DNA of 64,000 nt from a virus (Duplodnaviria > Caudoviricetes): positions 137,896-201,895 of the IMG/VR virus record IMGVR_UViG_3300028832_000095; one strand, written 5' to 3'. Below the pieces are notes generated by a model. That model did no database searches. It was not told the DNA's origin and was given only the letters and a program-made list of their open reading frames with translations. Shown one piece after another: positions 29,687 to 40,700 of the stretch. Within the stretch, counting starts at the first letter, position 1, and every line of letters starts with the position of its first letter. A program made the position numbers and the translations under genes.

Positions 29687-29745
29687 ATATTTACAGAATG
29701 TTTAATAGACATTTCTGATAACATTACTTTTCGGAGGTAGTTATT

Positions 29746-29925
29746 ATGGATAATACTGTTAGAGTTTGTCCGGAATGTAAAAAAGAATTTACAGGTTATG
29801 GATCAATATCAAGAAAAGATGATAAAACAATTATATGTCCTGAATGTGGAGTAAAACAGGCAATGGGAGCATACGTTGAATATTTTGGCAGTCTTTCAAA
29901 AAATAAAGAAGAGGAATATTTTTAA
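29746..29925 (+). CDS. small zinc-finger protein (59 aa, not in ORF track)
   Basis: GGAGG RBS; CPEC..SRKD..ICPECG. Confidence 0.7.
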   Translation: MDNTVRVCPECKKEFTGYGSISRKDDKTIICPECGVKQAMGAYVEYFGSLSKNKEEEYF

Positions 29926-29927
29926 CT

Positions 29928-30140
29928 ATGAGTGAATATCTTAATGAAATTGATAATATCTCAACTGAAACTGTTCTGGACTTTGCGGCTAGGACTAATA
30001 ACGAAACGGCAAGCTACCTTCTTCGGTTTTATGGAGTAGAGAATTTTGACGGATCAGAACAAGAATATATGGAACTTATGGAGTTCCTGACAAGAAAAAG
30101 AAAAGTAAAGAATAACAAAGGCAATAAGGTAATGGCGTAA
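29928..30140 (+). CDS. hypothetical protein
   Basis: GAGG RBS. Confidence 0.6.
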   Translation: MSEYLNEIDNISTETVLDFAARTNNETASYLLRFYGVENFDGSEQEYMELMEFLTRKRKVKNNKGNKVMA

Positions 30141-30234
30141 AATATATAAACAATCATTCTCACACAAATAAAAGTTATCTATAAAGGAACAATAAAATTG
30201 ATTTAAGTAATCACAATTTATCTTATATGAAAGG

Positions 30235-31056
30235 ATGTTTAATATGGATAATTATTTTGTTGGTGTGTTTAAGAATGATGATTACGATGCTGACGGCAAT
30301 CGTATCTATGATGATGTTTTTACATTTGACGATAGATCCGATGCTTGGGATGAAGCCCTAAAATGGAACCTAAAAGGATATTGGGTTGAATTCGCTTCCA
30401 TTGAAAAAGTAGGTTATGGTGATTATAGAGATGACTATGACTACTACGAAGAAGAGGATTACAATACATATGATTATGCTCCCTATGAGATGAGAAAATA
30501 TATGTCCTCTATGGGAGAATCAAACAGGAGGAAAAACATGAAACTTAGAATTGATGAAGATAACTATGGTTATGATTCTAATGGTAATGAGATTGATGAG
30601 TCTATGGTAGAGGAACTTTATAGAGTTGCCAATAGTGAAATTCTTTCTGAGTCTGAATTAGCTAAGATTGGTTATGCTGATATTGATGAAGATTCGTGGG
30701 AAGTGTATAACACCGGAACGGCATACGGGATGAATCTTACATACAATATCAATTTTGATGTAGATAGTAATGCTATTGATCTTGAACAGTTTGTTACTGA
30801 TAAAAATATTCTAATACCTATTTTTGATGCAGATCATGCTACGGCAAAACTCAATTTCGTTATCCATGTCTATAACGGAACTGATATTGAAGTAGAACTT
30901 ACTGACTATTCTGTATATGACTGCGGAGACTTCTATAGTGAATATGATACAAATAACTTCAAGAGTTATGTCAATGTCAAAGCACTGGAACAGCTTGTAA
31001 AGGATATGTCTCAGGAAGTTGTAAATGAGATTCAGGGAACATTGAGTAATATTTGA
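30235..31056 (+). CDS. acidic two-module protein with internal RBS and MKLRIDE
   Basis: AGGAGG at about 30527-30532 precedes in-frame ATG 30538. Confidence 0.75.
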   Translation: MFNMDNYFVGVFKNDDYDADGNRIYDDVFTFDDRSDAWDEALKWNLKGYWVEFASIEKVGYGDYRDDYDYYEEEDYNTYDYAPYEMRKYMSSMGESNRRKNMKLRIDEDNYGYDSNGNEIDESMVEELYRVANSEILSESELAKIGYADIDEDSWEVYNTGTAYGMNLTYNINFDVDSNAIDLEQFVTDKNILIPIFDADHATAKLNFVIHVYNGTDIEVELTDYSVYDCGDFYSEYDTNNFKSYVNVKALEQLVKDMSQEVVNEIQGTLSNI

Positions 31057-31083
31057 TTTTTGTGAAAATGGAGGAACACAAAA

Positions 31084-31806
31084 ATGTTAGATAATATCAT
31101 GCTTTCACTAAAAGAGGAACTTAAAAACATTAAGCATGAAATAGAAGAAAATAGATATTTCACAACTAAGGGAAATATTGACGGAGTTATTTATGGTGTC
31201 ATATTGAAAGATAAAACATATTTTACTCTTACGGCGAATAATTCAACATTGTTTCCTACCATTGATTTTAATGATATTTGTTTTATATATAAGAAAAGAG
31301 ATATAGACAAACACTCAGATAGAAAAGAAACCTGTAATTCAGATACAGGTGATTCTAATATAGGTGTTGATTTCGACAGTTACTTGAAACTATATAATGC
31401 CTTTGGAAATAAACTTATTATTAAAAGAACAGTATCAGAGTATCTACCTGAAATCAAATCCGATGTTGAATACCTTCTTAGTGAAAAATATTGGGAAAAG
31501 AGTATTGAGGATGATTACGATTGGGAAGATGAGTTCTATACATATTCACAAGATCATTCTTGTTGGAATGTTTCAATTCATAGTAAATACTTCTCAATAG
31601 ACCCTCAAACAAGTGAAGATGATCTCAGAACAATTCTTAAAAATATTGATAATATCTCATATGCTATGAAGGACTTTATTTGGGATACAGTTGTTGGTGA
31701 CATTGAAGATTTTTGTGATTTTCAAAATCATGGATGTCATTATATTGAACTTGCCGAAAAATATTGTGGTAATTTTACGATTGATTTAATGAAAGCTAGG
31801 TTGTGA
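31084..31806 (+). CDS. hypothetical protein (paralog of 3526)
   Basis: GGAGG RBS; VILKDKTYF. Confidence 0.75.
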   Translation: MLDNIMLSLKEELKNIKHEIEENRYFTTKGNIDGVIYGVILKDKTYFTLTANNSTLFPTIDFNDICFIYKKRDIDKHSDRKETCNSDTGDSNIGVDFDSYLKLYNAFGNKLIIKRTVSEYLPEIKSDVEYLLSEKYWEKSIEDDYDWEDEFYTYSQDHSCWNVSIHSKYFSIDPQTSEDDLRTILKNIDNISYAMKDFIWDTVVGDIEDFCDFQNHGCHYIELAEKYCGNFTIDLMKARL

Positions 31807-31811
31807 TAATA

Positions 31812-33020
31812 ATGATTGAACAGATAAAAAGAATATTTATAGATATACTTCCATCATATATTATAAAAGAGTATCTGATGGAAGAAATACTCGATCCTAA
31901 CGATACTATAATGTCTGGTAATAAATATAAGGATCATATTGAAACAAGAAAGAGTATAAACACACATCTAAAAGGACTTGCTACAAGAATTAGAAATTTA
32001 CCGTATATAAAAAGTTGTAATCCAGACCCATCCAGAAGTAAGGGAAAAGGACTATCTAACTATATAGAAGTTCAATTCAACTATCCAGACGGTTTAACAA
32101 AAGATGAGATTGATAAGAATTATAAATATACAATACGATTTTCTGATCATGAGGATACACATAAAGATTCCAGAACTCATAAAACTTCTTATGTTGATGT
32201 TGTTGGTAGAAAAGTTAAGAATCTTGAAAAAGCAGGTATACGTGAGTTTAAGACATCGTTAGTTGATATACAAAATAAAATAAAGGATTTTGAGATTGGA
32301 AAATTTGGAGAACAAAAAACATTTATAAATAGAACAGATGAATGTAAACTACGAATAAGGGAGTTGACAATAAATGAGAACTTAGAAGAAATAGCTCCAT
32401 CAACCTACTGTACCGATAGTGCAAAAGATATCGCTAACTGGATCGTAAATAAACCAAAACCATATAGAATTCTATATGATGTAAAATATGATATCTGGTG
32501 TATTGCGGATGCAATGTCTCAGACACACAGAGATATGTCAATAGATATGTTCGATACAGATACAAAATATCTATATGGGTATGCAAGAGATCTGGATAAT
32601 GATATTATAAAAATGCGCCAAATTGGTAATTATAGTAGTGGATGGACTGATGCGGAAGTATATTCAGATTTCCAGTTTGAACATAGAAATCTAGTAGGAA
32701 TGATATTCATTCCAAATAATATGAATTATAGAGACTATGAAGAATCTGGATTCTACGAGAATCAAACAAGACTTACAACCGGAACGATGTTTACATTATT
32801 CCCGTTCAACAGTACCGGAGTATTCAAGGATCTATATAGAAAACTATTTTACATGAATGCTATTCCTGTTTCTCTTAAACAGTTATTTAAGAACTGCTAT
32901 AAAGAAATGGGAAGTGACTGCTTGGATAAGTTCTATCAAGATGCAGAAGCAATGGGATATTCAGAAAGTGAGATTCAGGACTTTCTAAACAGTCCGGAAA
33001 TGGCAGATGTTGTTATATGA
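31812..33020 (+). CDS. two-module protein: SNYI/RFSDHE domain, KLRIRE linker, second domain
   Basis: GLSNYI..IRFSDHE; KLRIRELTINE at about 32346. Confidence 0.75.
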   Translation: MIEQIKRIFIDILPSYIIKEYLMEEILDPNDTIMSGNKYKDHIETRKSINTHLKGLATRIRNLPYIKSCNPDPSRSKGKGLSNYIEVQFNYPDGLTKDEIDKNYKYTIRFSDHEDTHKDSRTHKTSYVDVVGRKVKNLEKAGIREFKTSLVDIQNKIKDFEIGKFGEQKTFINRTDECKLRIRELTINENLEEIAPSTYCTDSAKDIANWIVNKPKPYRILYDVKYDIWCIADAMSQTHRDMSIDMFDTDTKYLYGYARDLDNDIIKMRQIGNYSSGWTDAEVYSDFQFEHRNLVGMIFIPNNMNYRDYEESGFYENQTRLTTGTMFTLFPFNSTGVFKDLYRKLFYMNAIPVSLKQLFKNCYKEMGSDCLDKFYQDAEAMGYSESEIQDFLNSPEMADVVI

Positions 33021-33307
33021 TTATTTTTGGTAAAAAGTTAAATTTGACACAGTATAAAAACTATTTACTTCAATCTCTGGCACATAAGAATCCAAAAGTG
33101 GTATCAGATACAGAAAGCTATTTTTCAATGAATGTGCAAAAGGATGAACGAAATATATCTATAAATCTAAATAATCAAACAAAAGGATACATCATTATTG
33201 ATGTAATAGATCCTTATGCTATTATCCGCATTCCGAGAACAAAGATTTCAGACTTTGAGAAATTCAGGGAATTCTGTTTAAATACGATCAACGTAAACCT
33301 GATTTGA
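33017..33307 (+). CDS. hypothetical protein
   Basis: ATGA overlap, 96 aa. Confidence 0.6.
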   Translation: MIIFGKKLNLTQYKNYLLQSLAHKNPKVVSDTESYFSMNVQKDERNISINLNNQTKGYIIIDVIDPYAIIRIPRTKISDFEKFREFCLNTINVNLI

Positions 33308-33347
33308 TAACCGTATAGAAATTATCTAAATTCGCATAACAATAACT

Positions 33348-33385
33348 TTACTCATACTTACAATAAGTATGAGTAATTTTTTTTT
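33348..33385 (+). terminator. Rho-independent terminator
   Basis: TTACTCATACTTA-CAA-TAAGTATGAGTAA then T9. Confidence 0.8.
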
Positions 33386-33410
33386 GAATTTTATTTTGGT
33401 GGTGATTTAT

Positions 33411-34250
33411 ATGGATATTACAGAATTACTCTCCGAGATTGATAGATCAGAGACATATCCAAAAATGTTATCCATGACACTGGAAACGAATGCATTGTAT
33501 CTGAAAATCAATACAACAGATTGGACAGAACAGATGCTTGCAGAGCTTCCGTCAATACAATTTGACATATATACAAATACAAATGGAACATATATCAAGT
33601 ACAAAACCGTAACAGTTTGTTTAGACACAGATATTTGTAACGGTAATTATGCTGTAGAAATTAAGGATGTACCGAATGATTCTTATCTAGCTGTCACTCC
33701 TATGTTTGATAATAACGCTATTGAATCACACAATAATCTTGTCTCTACTGGTATTATTGATAGTGATATGTGGGATACTGAAACAAGTTCTTTTGATGTT
33801 TCTATTTCATATGGAGCAGAAGAAGGTGCTCCACCAACACCGCCTTCCCCGACACCAGAAGATTGTCCTTTTACTTGTGATATAGAATATTTTCTCGACT
33901 CCGAAAAAGAGTGGACTATAAACACCGCTACATATAAGAAATCAACAGACGAATATGGTGTTGGTATTTGCTGCACATTAGAGTCTGGTGGAACATGGAC
34001 AGCACCTATTTTACTATCACCAACACAAACCGCTGTTGGATATCTTGTGAACGGCAGTGCAGAAGGAGTATTGGGTGGTTCTGTTGTATACGATAATGTT
34101 ACATGGTATTACAGTATATCTTATGGTCAGAGTGGAAGTTATGTAGCTGATGGTATGCCTATGTCTACATATGAAAATGTTAATTATCCTTTCTCTGAGC
34201 AACAAATACTTGATTTCTTAGCTGAAATGAATGTTCAAAATAAATCTTAA
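33411..34250 (+). CDS. putative virion/tail-associated protein (paralog of 34273)
   Basis: WTEQMLAELP..PMFDNNAI; Pro-rich linker; located at start of fibre cluster. Confidence 0.65.
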   Translation: MDITELLSEIDRSETYPKMLSMTLETNALYLKINTTDWTEQMLAELPSIQFDIYTNTNGTYIKYKTVTVCLDTDICNGNYAVEIKDVPNDSYLAVTPMFDNNAIESHNNLVSTGIIDSDMWDTETSSFDVSISYGAEEGAPPTPPSPTPEDCPFTCDIEYFLDSEKEWTINTATYKKSTDEYGVGICCTLESGGTWTAPILLSPTQTAVGYLVNGSAEGVLGGSVVYDNVTWYYSISYGQSGSYVADGMPMSTYENVNYPFSEQQILDFLAEMNVQNKS

Positions 34251-34272
34251 TATAACATGGTGGTGATTAAGT

Positions 34273-35109
34273 ATGGCACAGACACAAATAGTAAACAGTA
34301 TTTCGAGGTCTGATTCATTTCCAGTTAGTGCTACATTAAGTGCTTCTTATAATTGTGGAACATTGATGTTAATACTTTCCGGAACATGGACAGAACAAAT
34401 GGTATGTGAATTACCTGCTCTAAACTGCACTATTTACATTGATTCAGACACTATCTTACAATCTTTCAATGTGAATATGAGAACAGTATTAGAGAGATCT
34501 ACTCCGGCTGATCCATATTGCATTCCTGTTTACGATATTCCTAGTCAATGTATTATCAAAGTAAGTCCATTATTTGATAATAATGCTATTATAGCTCATA
34601 ATGATATGATAGAAACAGGTGTTGGTGGAACTGATGGAGGTATTATTTGGACAACTCCTACACAAACATTTGATCTTACTCTTGTATTTGATAATGCAAA
34701 TATTAAATCTGGAAATTCCTCCGGTGGTGGCGGTGGAGGCGGAAGCTCTGATGCAAAGGATATTTCTTTTAATAATCTAGGAACATCACTGGCATCCACA
34801 AATGTTCAAGATGCAATCGTGGAAGTTGCAAATAAAACATCCACATCCGCTACTACAAATGCTACATTATATGCTAATAGCTGGGATACTGTAAATAGAA
34901 CATATGCAATTCCATGTGCAGATATTACATCTCAATCTGATATCTTTATTTCACTTCCTTCCAATACATCCGATGCTAATTATAATGCGATTGCAGAAGC
35001 TAACATTGTAGCACAAAGTCAGTCTACCGGACAGGTTGTGGTTAAAGCAGTTGGAACTATTCCTACTATTGATACTCAGTTAGTTATAACTGTTTACAAT
35101 AAAGGTTAA
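34273..35109 (+). CDS. putative virion/tail-associated protein (paralog of 33411)
   Basis: WTEQMVCELP..PLFDNNAI; poly-Gly linker; LASTNVQDAIVEV fibre-type motif. Confidence 0.7.
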   Translation: MAQTQIVNSISRSDSFPVSATLSASYNCGTLMLILSGTWTEQMVCELPALNCTIYIDSDTILQSFNVNMRTVLERSTPADPYCIPVYDIPSQCIIKVSPLFDNNAIIAHNDMIETGVGGTDGGIIWTTPTQTFDLTLVFDNANIKSGNSSGGGGGGGSSDAKDISFNNLGTSLASTNVQDAIVEVANKTSTSATTNATLYANSWDTVNRTYAIPCADITSQSDIFISLPSNTSDANYNAIAEANIVAQSQSTGQVVVKAVGTIPTIDTQLVITVYNKG

Positions 35110-35123
35110 AGGAGGAACATATT

Positions 35124-35495
35124 ATGGCAATTTATGTGGTTCTTCCAAATGAGAGAAAAGATAATAATATATCAAATTATATTCCCACGCAAAATATATC
35201 ATCAACCACATTTAATAATGGTTATAATGAATGTATACTATATAAAAATAATGACGAAGCAGCTTATAATGATTATAGAGAGAGATGTTTGGCAAAATTT
35301 CCGATTCAAATAGATAATCAGCTATTGTATTATATTGGAACAAATCCAGATTTCTGGAGTGATTGTTATGTGTATACATCTGTTGGTGATGAAGGTAATT
35401 CTTCTGGTGCGGCTCCTAAATACAGGGTTTGTTATGCAATTGTCGAGAACTCTGTGATAACATTTAGAATCTATGAAAACACCTTTAATATGTAA
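35124..35495 (+). CDS. hypothetical protein in tail-fibre cluster
   Basis: AGGAGG RBS. Confidence 0.7.
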   Translation: MAIYVVLPNERKDNNISNYIPTQNISSTTFNNGYNECILYKNNDEAAYNDYRERCLAKFPIQIDNQLLYYIGTNPDFWSDCYVYTSVGDEGNSSGAAPKYRVCYAIVENSVITFRIYENTFNM

Positions 35496-35512
35496 TAAAG
35501 AGGTGAATATGC

Positions 35513-35806
35513 ATGGGAATCTATATAACAACTCCTTCTCACATTAGCACAATAGAAGCTGAAAAAGTAAAGTATACAAATCCTCTTGGGACACTCACAA
35601 ATGTAAAAAGTTCTTTGGATGATCTGTATGCCGCTAAAAATCCTGTTTACTTTGGGTCATATATGGAATTCCCAAATGTAGGATCTGAGGATATACTTTA
35701 CATTGACAAATCTACAACCTATATGTATTTATGGGATACTGAAACAGCATCATATAAACAACAGGTCAGTGATGTTACAAATTACATATTTCAATCAACA
35801 TTATAA
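35513..35806 (+). CDS. small tail-fibre-related protein
   Basis: NVKSSLDDL; FPNVG..LYID..MYLWD motifs. Confidence 0.65.
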   Translation: MGIYITTPSHISTIEAEKVKYTNPLGTLTNVKSSLDDLYAAKNPVYFGSYMEFPNVGSEDILYIDKSTTYMYLWDTETASYKQQVSDVTNYIFQSTL

Positions 35807-35827
35807 TTATAAAGGGGAGATGTTTTT

Positions 35828-37762
35828 ATGGCTGATGTAAGCATGAATGTAAAAATATTACAAGTCACAAAAACAACCGCACAGTGGGCATCTGTCACTG
35901 ATATTATTTCAAAGGGTTTACTTTGTGTAGAATTAGATACGAATGAAAAATCTTGGGTTAAGATTGGTGATGGTGTTCATACATATGCACAATTACCATA
36001 TATTACAGACGCTGCTATTGCAAGTCTTGGAGATTTTCTAAGAGTTAAGGGCGTTGTAGCAACTACATCATTACTTCCGACAACTGGAAATAAAGTTGGT
36101 GATGTTTACTTTGTAGGTGATGCATCAACAGCAGGATCAGATAAGTTTGAAGAATATGTTTGGACAACTGGAAGTACATGGGAATTTATTGGTAAGATTT
36201 CTGATCCACCTACATATCATGGTGGAACTGGAATCACTATTGACAACAGTAATAATATCAACTTATCACAAGCAACAGATTCAAGTCTTGGCGGTATTAA
36301 GGTAGGTACTAATCTGTCAATAAATTCTTCTACTGGTGAATTAAGTGCAACAGATACTACATACAGTATAGCAGGTGCTTATGGTTCTGGTAATGATACA
36401 TGGGTTACAACTCTTACTCCTTCCTCCGGTAGTGCGACAACTTCAACAGTTCCAAAAGCAACCACATCTGTTTACGGTATTACTACTTTAACAGACTCCA
36501 CATCATCTACATCCACAACAACAGCGGCTACACCAAACGCTGTTAAAAGTGCTTATGATCTGGCAAATGGAAAATCAACAGTTTCTCAATTCAGTGATCT
36601 AAGTGCTAATGGTTTAACGATTGGATCTGTTACTATTGATGGAACTGCAAACACTCTTAAAGTTCCTACTGGAACTACATCTTCAACAGTGGCATTAGGT
36701 AATCATACTCATACAACTACTATTGCTGCTGGAACATCCGGAGATACAAATCAACTTACAATGGCATCTAATACAAAATATAAAATGACAACTGGCGGAA
36801 CTAATTTTGTATTTACAACTCCACCTGGAACAACTGTTTCAGTCAGTGATACAGTTGCAACCGGAACTAAGATTGCTACGATTACAGTTGATGGAACAGC
36901 AAATGACATAAATGTGAAAACAACCGCTATCGCTACTTCTTCTGCATCAACAGGTGTTACAGATTTATCTGCTAATACAAAGTATGAACTTACAGCAGGA
37001 AATAACTCAATTGTATTTAAGACACCTTCTGATACTACATATGAATTTGCTGACAGTTACAATGCTTCTACAAATAAGGGTGCAACTGTTGCAACTGTTA
37101 CAAATGCAATAAACGGTATTGATTTTCCGGTTGATGATGTTAAAATAGGCACAGCATCAATTGTAAGTAGTGGTATAGCAACAATTGCTGTTGAAGGTAC
37201 ATATAATAGTTCATCTAATAAAATTGCAACACAAACAACTGTATCAGATGCTATTGCTTTACTTGATGGGAGTATAACAGGTACAGGTGGAACAACAAAA
37301 ACTATAACATCTTTATCACAAACAGACGGCGTTGTATCTGCTACATTTGAAAGCATTGATTTTCCAGTTACAGATGTTACTGTTAATGGAACTTCTGTAT
37401 TAAGTAGTGGTGTTGCTGCATTAGGTGTTGCTGCCGGAAAAGATGTTACAGATAATTCAACGGCAACCGCTGTTACATCAACAGATACAAATCTAATTAC
37501 AGGAAGAACATTATATAATGCCGGATATATTAAAAATGTATCTATAAACGGAACAAGTGGAACTACATTTACTGGTATTGCAAAATCTGCAACAATAAAT
37601 GGCGGTGCTACAATATCCGCTGATAGTTCTACTGGAAATATTGCTTTAACTGGATTGGTGACAGGATTAAGTTATACAAATTCATCTGGAACAACATCTA
37701 CTCTATCTCCTACAAATGGAAATCTTGATGTAACATCTTTAATTCTTAACTGCTCACTATAA
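35828..37762 (+). CDS. tail fibre protein with Mtd-N/hyaluronidase-N-like N-terminus
   Basis: QW..KG..VELDT..KIGDGVHTYAQLPY; LGGIKVG; ATTSVYGITTL..AATPNAVKSAYD fibre repeat; S/T/G-rich. Confidence 0.85.
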   Translation: MADVSMNVKILQVTKTTAQWASVTDIISKGLLCVELDTNEKSWVKIGDGVHTYAQLPYITDAAIASLGDFLRVKGVVATTSLLPTTGNKVGDVYFVGDASTAGSDKFEEYVWTTGSTWEFIGKISDPPTYHGGTGITIDNSNNINLSQATDSSLGGIKVGTNLSINSSTGELSATDTTYSIAGAYGSGNDTWVTTLTPSSGSATTSTVPKATTSVYGITTLTDSTSSTSTTTAATPNAVKSAYDLANGKSTVSQFSDLSANGLTIGSVTIDGTANTLKVPTGTTSSTVALGNHTHTTTIAAGTSGDTNQLTMASNTKYKMTTGGTNFVFTTPPGTTVSVSDTVATGTKIATITVDGTANDINVKTTAIATSSASTGVTDLSANTKYELTAGNNSIVFKTPSDTTYEFADSYNASTNKGATVATVTNAINGIDFPVDDVKIGTASIVSSGIATIAVEGTYNSSSNKIATQTTVSDAIALLDGSITGTGGTTKTITSLSQTDGVVSATFESIDFPVTDVTVNGTSVLSSGVAALGVAAGKDVTDNSTATAVTSTDTNLITGRTLYNAGYIKNVSINGTSGTTFTGIAKSATINGGATISADSSTGNIALTGLVTGLSYTNSSGTTSTLSPTNGNLDVTSLILNCSL

Positions 37763-37799
37763 TGATTATATAATTCTAAGAGTGAGGTGATATTTATAT

Positions 37800-40700
37800 A
37801 TGTCAGATGTAATCGTAGAACTTAAAGAATTTAATGTTGAATTTGATGATACTAATACAAGTAAAAGTGCAAATATAGTTTCCGGTCATGATATAAAAGA
37901 ATCATTTGCTACAATTCATAAAAGATTGAATAATATTGGATACACTTGGGGAACAGAAAGAATTATAATTGACTCAAATGCAGACTTAGACAACTATAAG
38001 ACACCTGGAATTTATGAAATGATATCTTCAAGCTACACGATAACACATTCTCCAATTGATGATAGATTTAGAATGTATGTAATGACTGTTGGAAATAACA
38101 TGACAGCACAATATTATATTCCTGAAAACTATGATTGTATTTATACAAGAAAATATAGTGATATTAGTGGGTTTGAAGGATGGTCTGATTGGAAACGTAT
38201 TGGCGAACAGATAATACTATCTTATGGAAATTCAACATGGGACGATTTCTACAATGCATATATTCATAATGCGGTCGTTTATTGTAGAGCTAGTTCCAAT
38301 ACTAATCCAGCGACCGGAAGTCAAACAAGAATGGCATTTATGGCATATGTTAATAATGGAACAAGCCCAACAGAAGTTGAATTCCAATATTATAGAAGTG
38401 TAAGTTCTCATTCAGATTCCCAACAAGGAGATCAGGTATTTGTATATAAATTGGTTAAAAATAGTGGATGGTCTGTTACAACAAGAGAAGCAAGTTCTAA
38501 AATTGCTGTGACTTCTCCTATTGCGAAAAGCTATTCAAGTGGAACAATAACACTCAGCCATGCTACATCTGGTGTGACAGCCGGAACATATGATTCTGTT
38601 ACAGTGGATGCAAAAGGTCACGTTACAGCGGGAACAAACTATCAACAAGAAGAAATTAACTATGCAATAAATACTGGTGTAAAGAACATACTCAAAATAA
38701 CAGAACGCTATAAGGAACATCAAGGCGTCACATTTACTGTGAACGCAGATGAGTCGGTTTCAATTTCAGGTGGAACTACCGGAACTAATTCATTTATAAG
38801 ATTAACCGGAAGTCAACCTTCAACCGACTATACCGATCAGGTTCCGATCCCAAAAGGAAAATATAAGATTAGTTGTCCAAAGGCAGTATCAACCGATACA
38901 TTTATTTTAGTAATAGGATATCGGGAATCATCCAGTGACACAAGGCATACATTACAGGCAAACTCTGGGAACGATTTTACAAATGAGTTTGAAATTACTA
39001 CAGACACAGGACGATTTGATGTAACACTGCTATCTTATAGCACAGATACCTCATATACTGCCACGGTTTATCCAATGGTTAGGTCAGCAGAGATTACTGA
39101 TAATACGTTTGAATCATACGCGCTTCCTAATCCCGAACTAACAGCGTCAGAAATAGAACTAGTTGATAATGGGGCGAAGAATAAATTTTCTGGAACATAT
39201 ACTTCGCAAACTCGGAGTGGGATTGCATTCACTGTAAATGCGGATGGAACGATTACAGCCAATCGAGTATCTTCTTCTAATTCTGCGGCGAACATGCCTT
39301 CAACGAGTTTTACCCTTAAAGCTGGAACATATGTATTCAGTTGTTCGCCCAATCCACAAAGAGATGTTACATACGATTCATATGTATACAACATAGATGC
39401 TTCTGCAACAATAGCAAGAGACAATCCAAACGACCCTCCAGGAAATGTTTTTACAATAACACAGGATACAACGGTTAGAGTAAATGTAAGAGTTGCAAGT
39501 GGTTATGCTGCATCAAATCTTATATTCTCGCCAATGATATGCTCTCTTGCAGAATGGAATGTATCTAAAAAATTTGTTCCTTATGTTTCGACAATTAGAG
39601 AATTATTTGAATCAATACAAGATAATGATAATATAATCTCAGGATATGTTTCGGATAATACGGGAACAACAAAAACAGTAATAACAAGCGGTGTAAATGC
39701 AACAAAAAGTGTTAAAGATGGTACAATAGCATATATAACATTTAAGGAAGATAATACAGCTACTTATACAGATATAACAACAACTGGTATTAGTTTGTCT
39801 GTAAATGGAACATCTGCTTTAATACCCGGTACCGGAAATGAATGTTATGATTATGATAATACATCAACAGTAAACCCTGCTGTCGGATCTATTGATACTA
39901 TGTATATTGAATTAAATCCTCGTTATGGAATACAGGGTTGTACCAATTTATATATCTATAAAGATTTTGGAAATAATAATACTAAGTGGATATATTTATG
40001 TTCAACAGGTTTGGATTTATGGTCTTTTTATAATTTCACCGGAATTAGTGGGACACTACAAAACATATACATGAATACAAATAGTTCCGGTTATAGCGTT
40101 AATCTAAAAGGTGATACTGTTTTTCCTTTTGCATTAGCAACCTGTGACACTTCTGCATCAGCACAAAATAAAGTAGCATCGGTATCTCAGTCAGCATGGA
40201 GTAGAAAAGTTGGTTGTATTGTTGCTGTAAAATATGCTAATACTAATACTTATAATGCTAATAATTCTACCACAGGAACAGGTTCTATAACACTTAATGT
40301 TAATGGCACTGGTGATGCAAATATTTATTATGGCTCGACTGCTGATCCAACAGGAACGAATTCAGCAGCATTTGGTTATGCTAATAGATATGCTTACTAT
40401 ATGTGGGATGGTACATATTGGGTTTGGTTGAGCCAAAGTACAGATAACAACACGACATATTCAGCAATATCACAAGCCAACATAACAAATGGTTCTGGAA
40501 CAAGTAGTGGACTTATTACAGGTCAGAGAGCTAAACAAGCAGTCGATAAATTTGCATTTGGAACGAATACACAAATAACTTCCGGTTCTAATTTTGATAG
40601 TTATACAACCGTTGGTGTTTATTATGTTGCTTCGGACACTGATGCATTAAATATAACTCACTGTCCTGTGGAATATCACGGAAGATTAGAAGTAATTACA

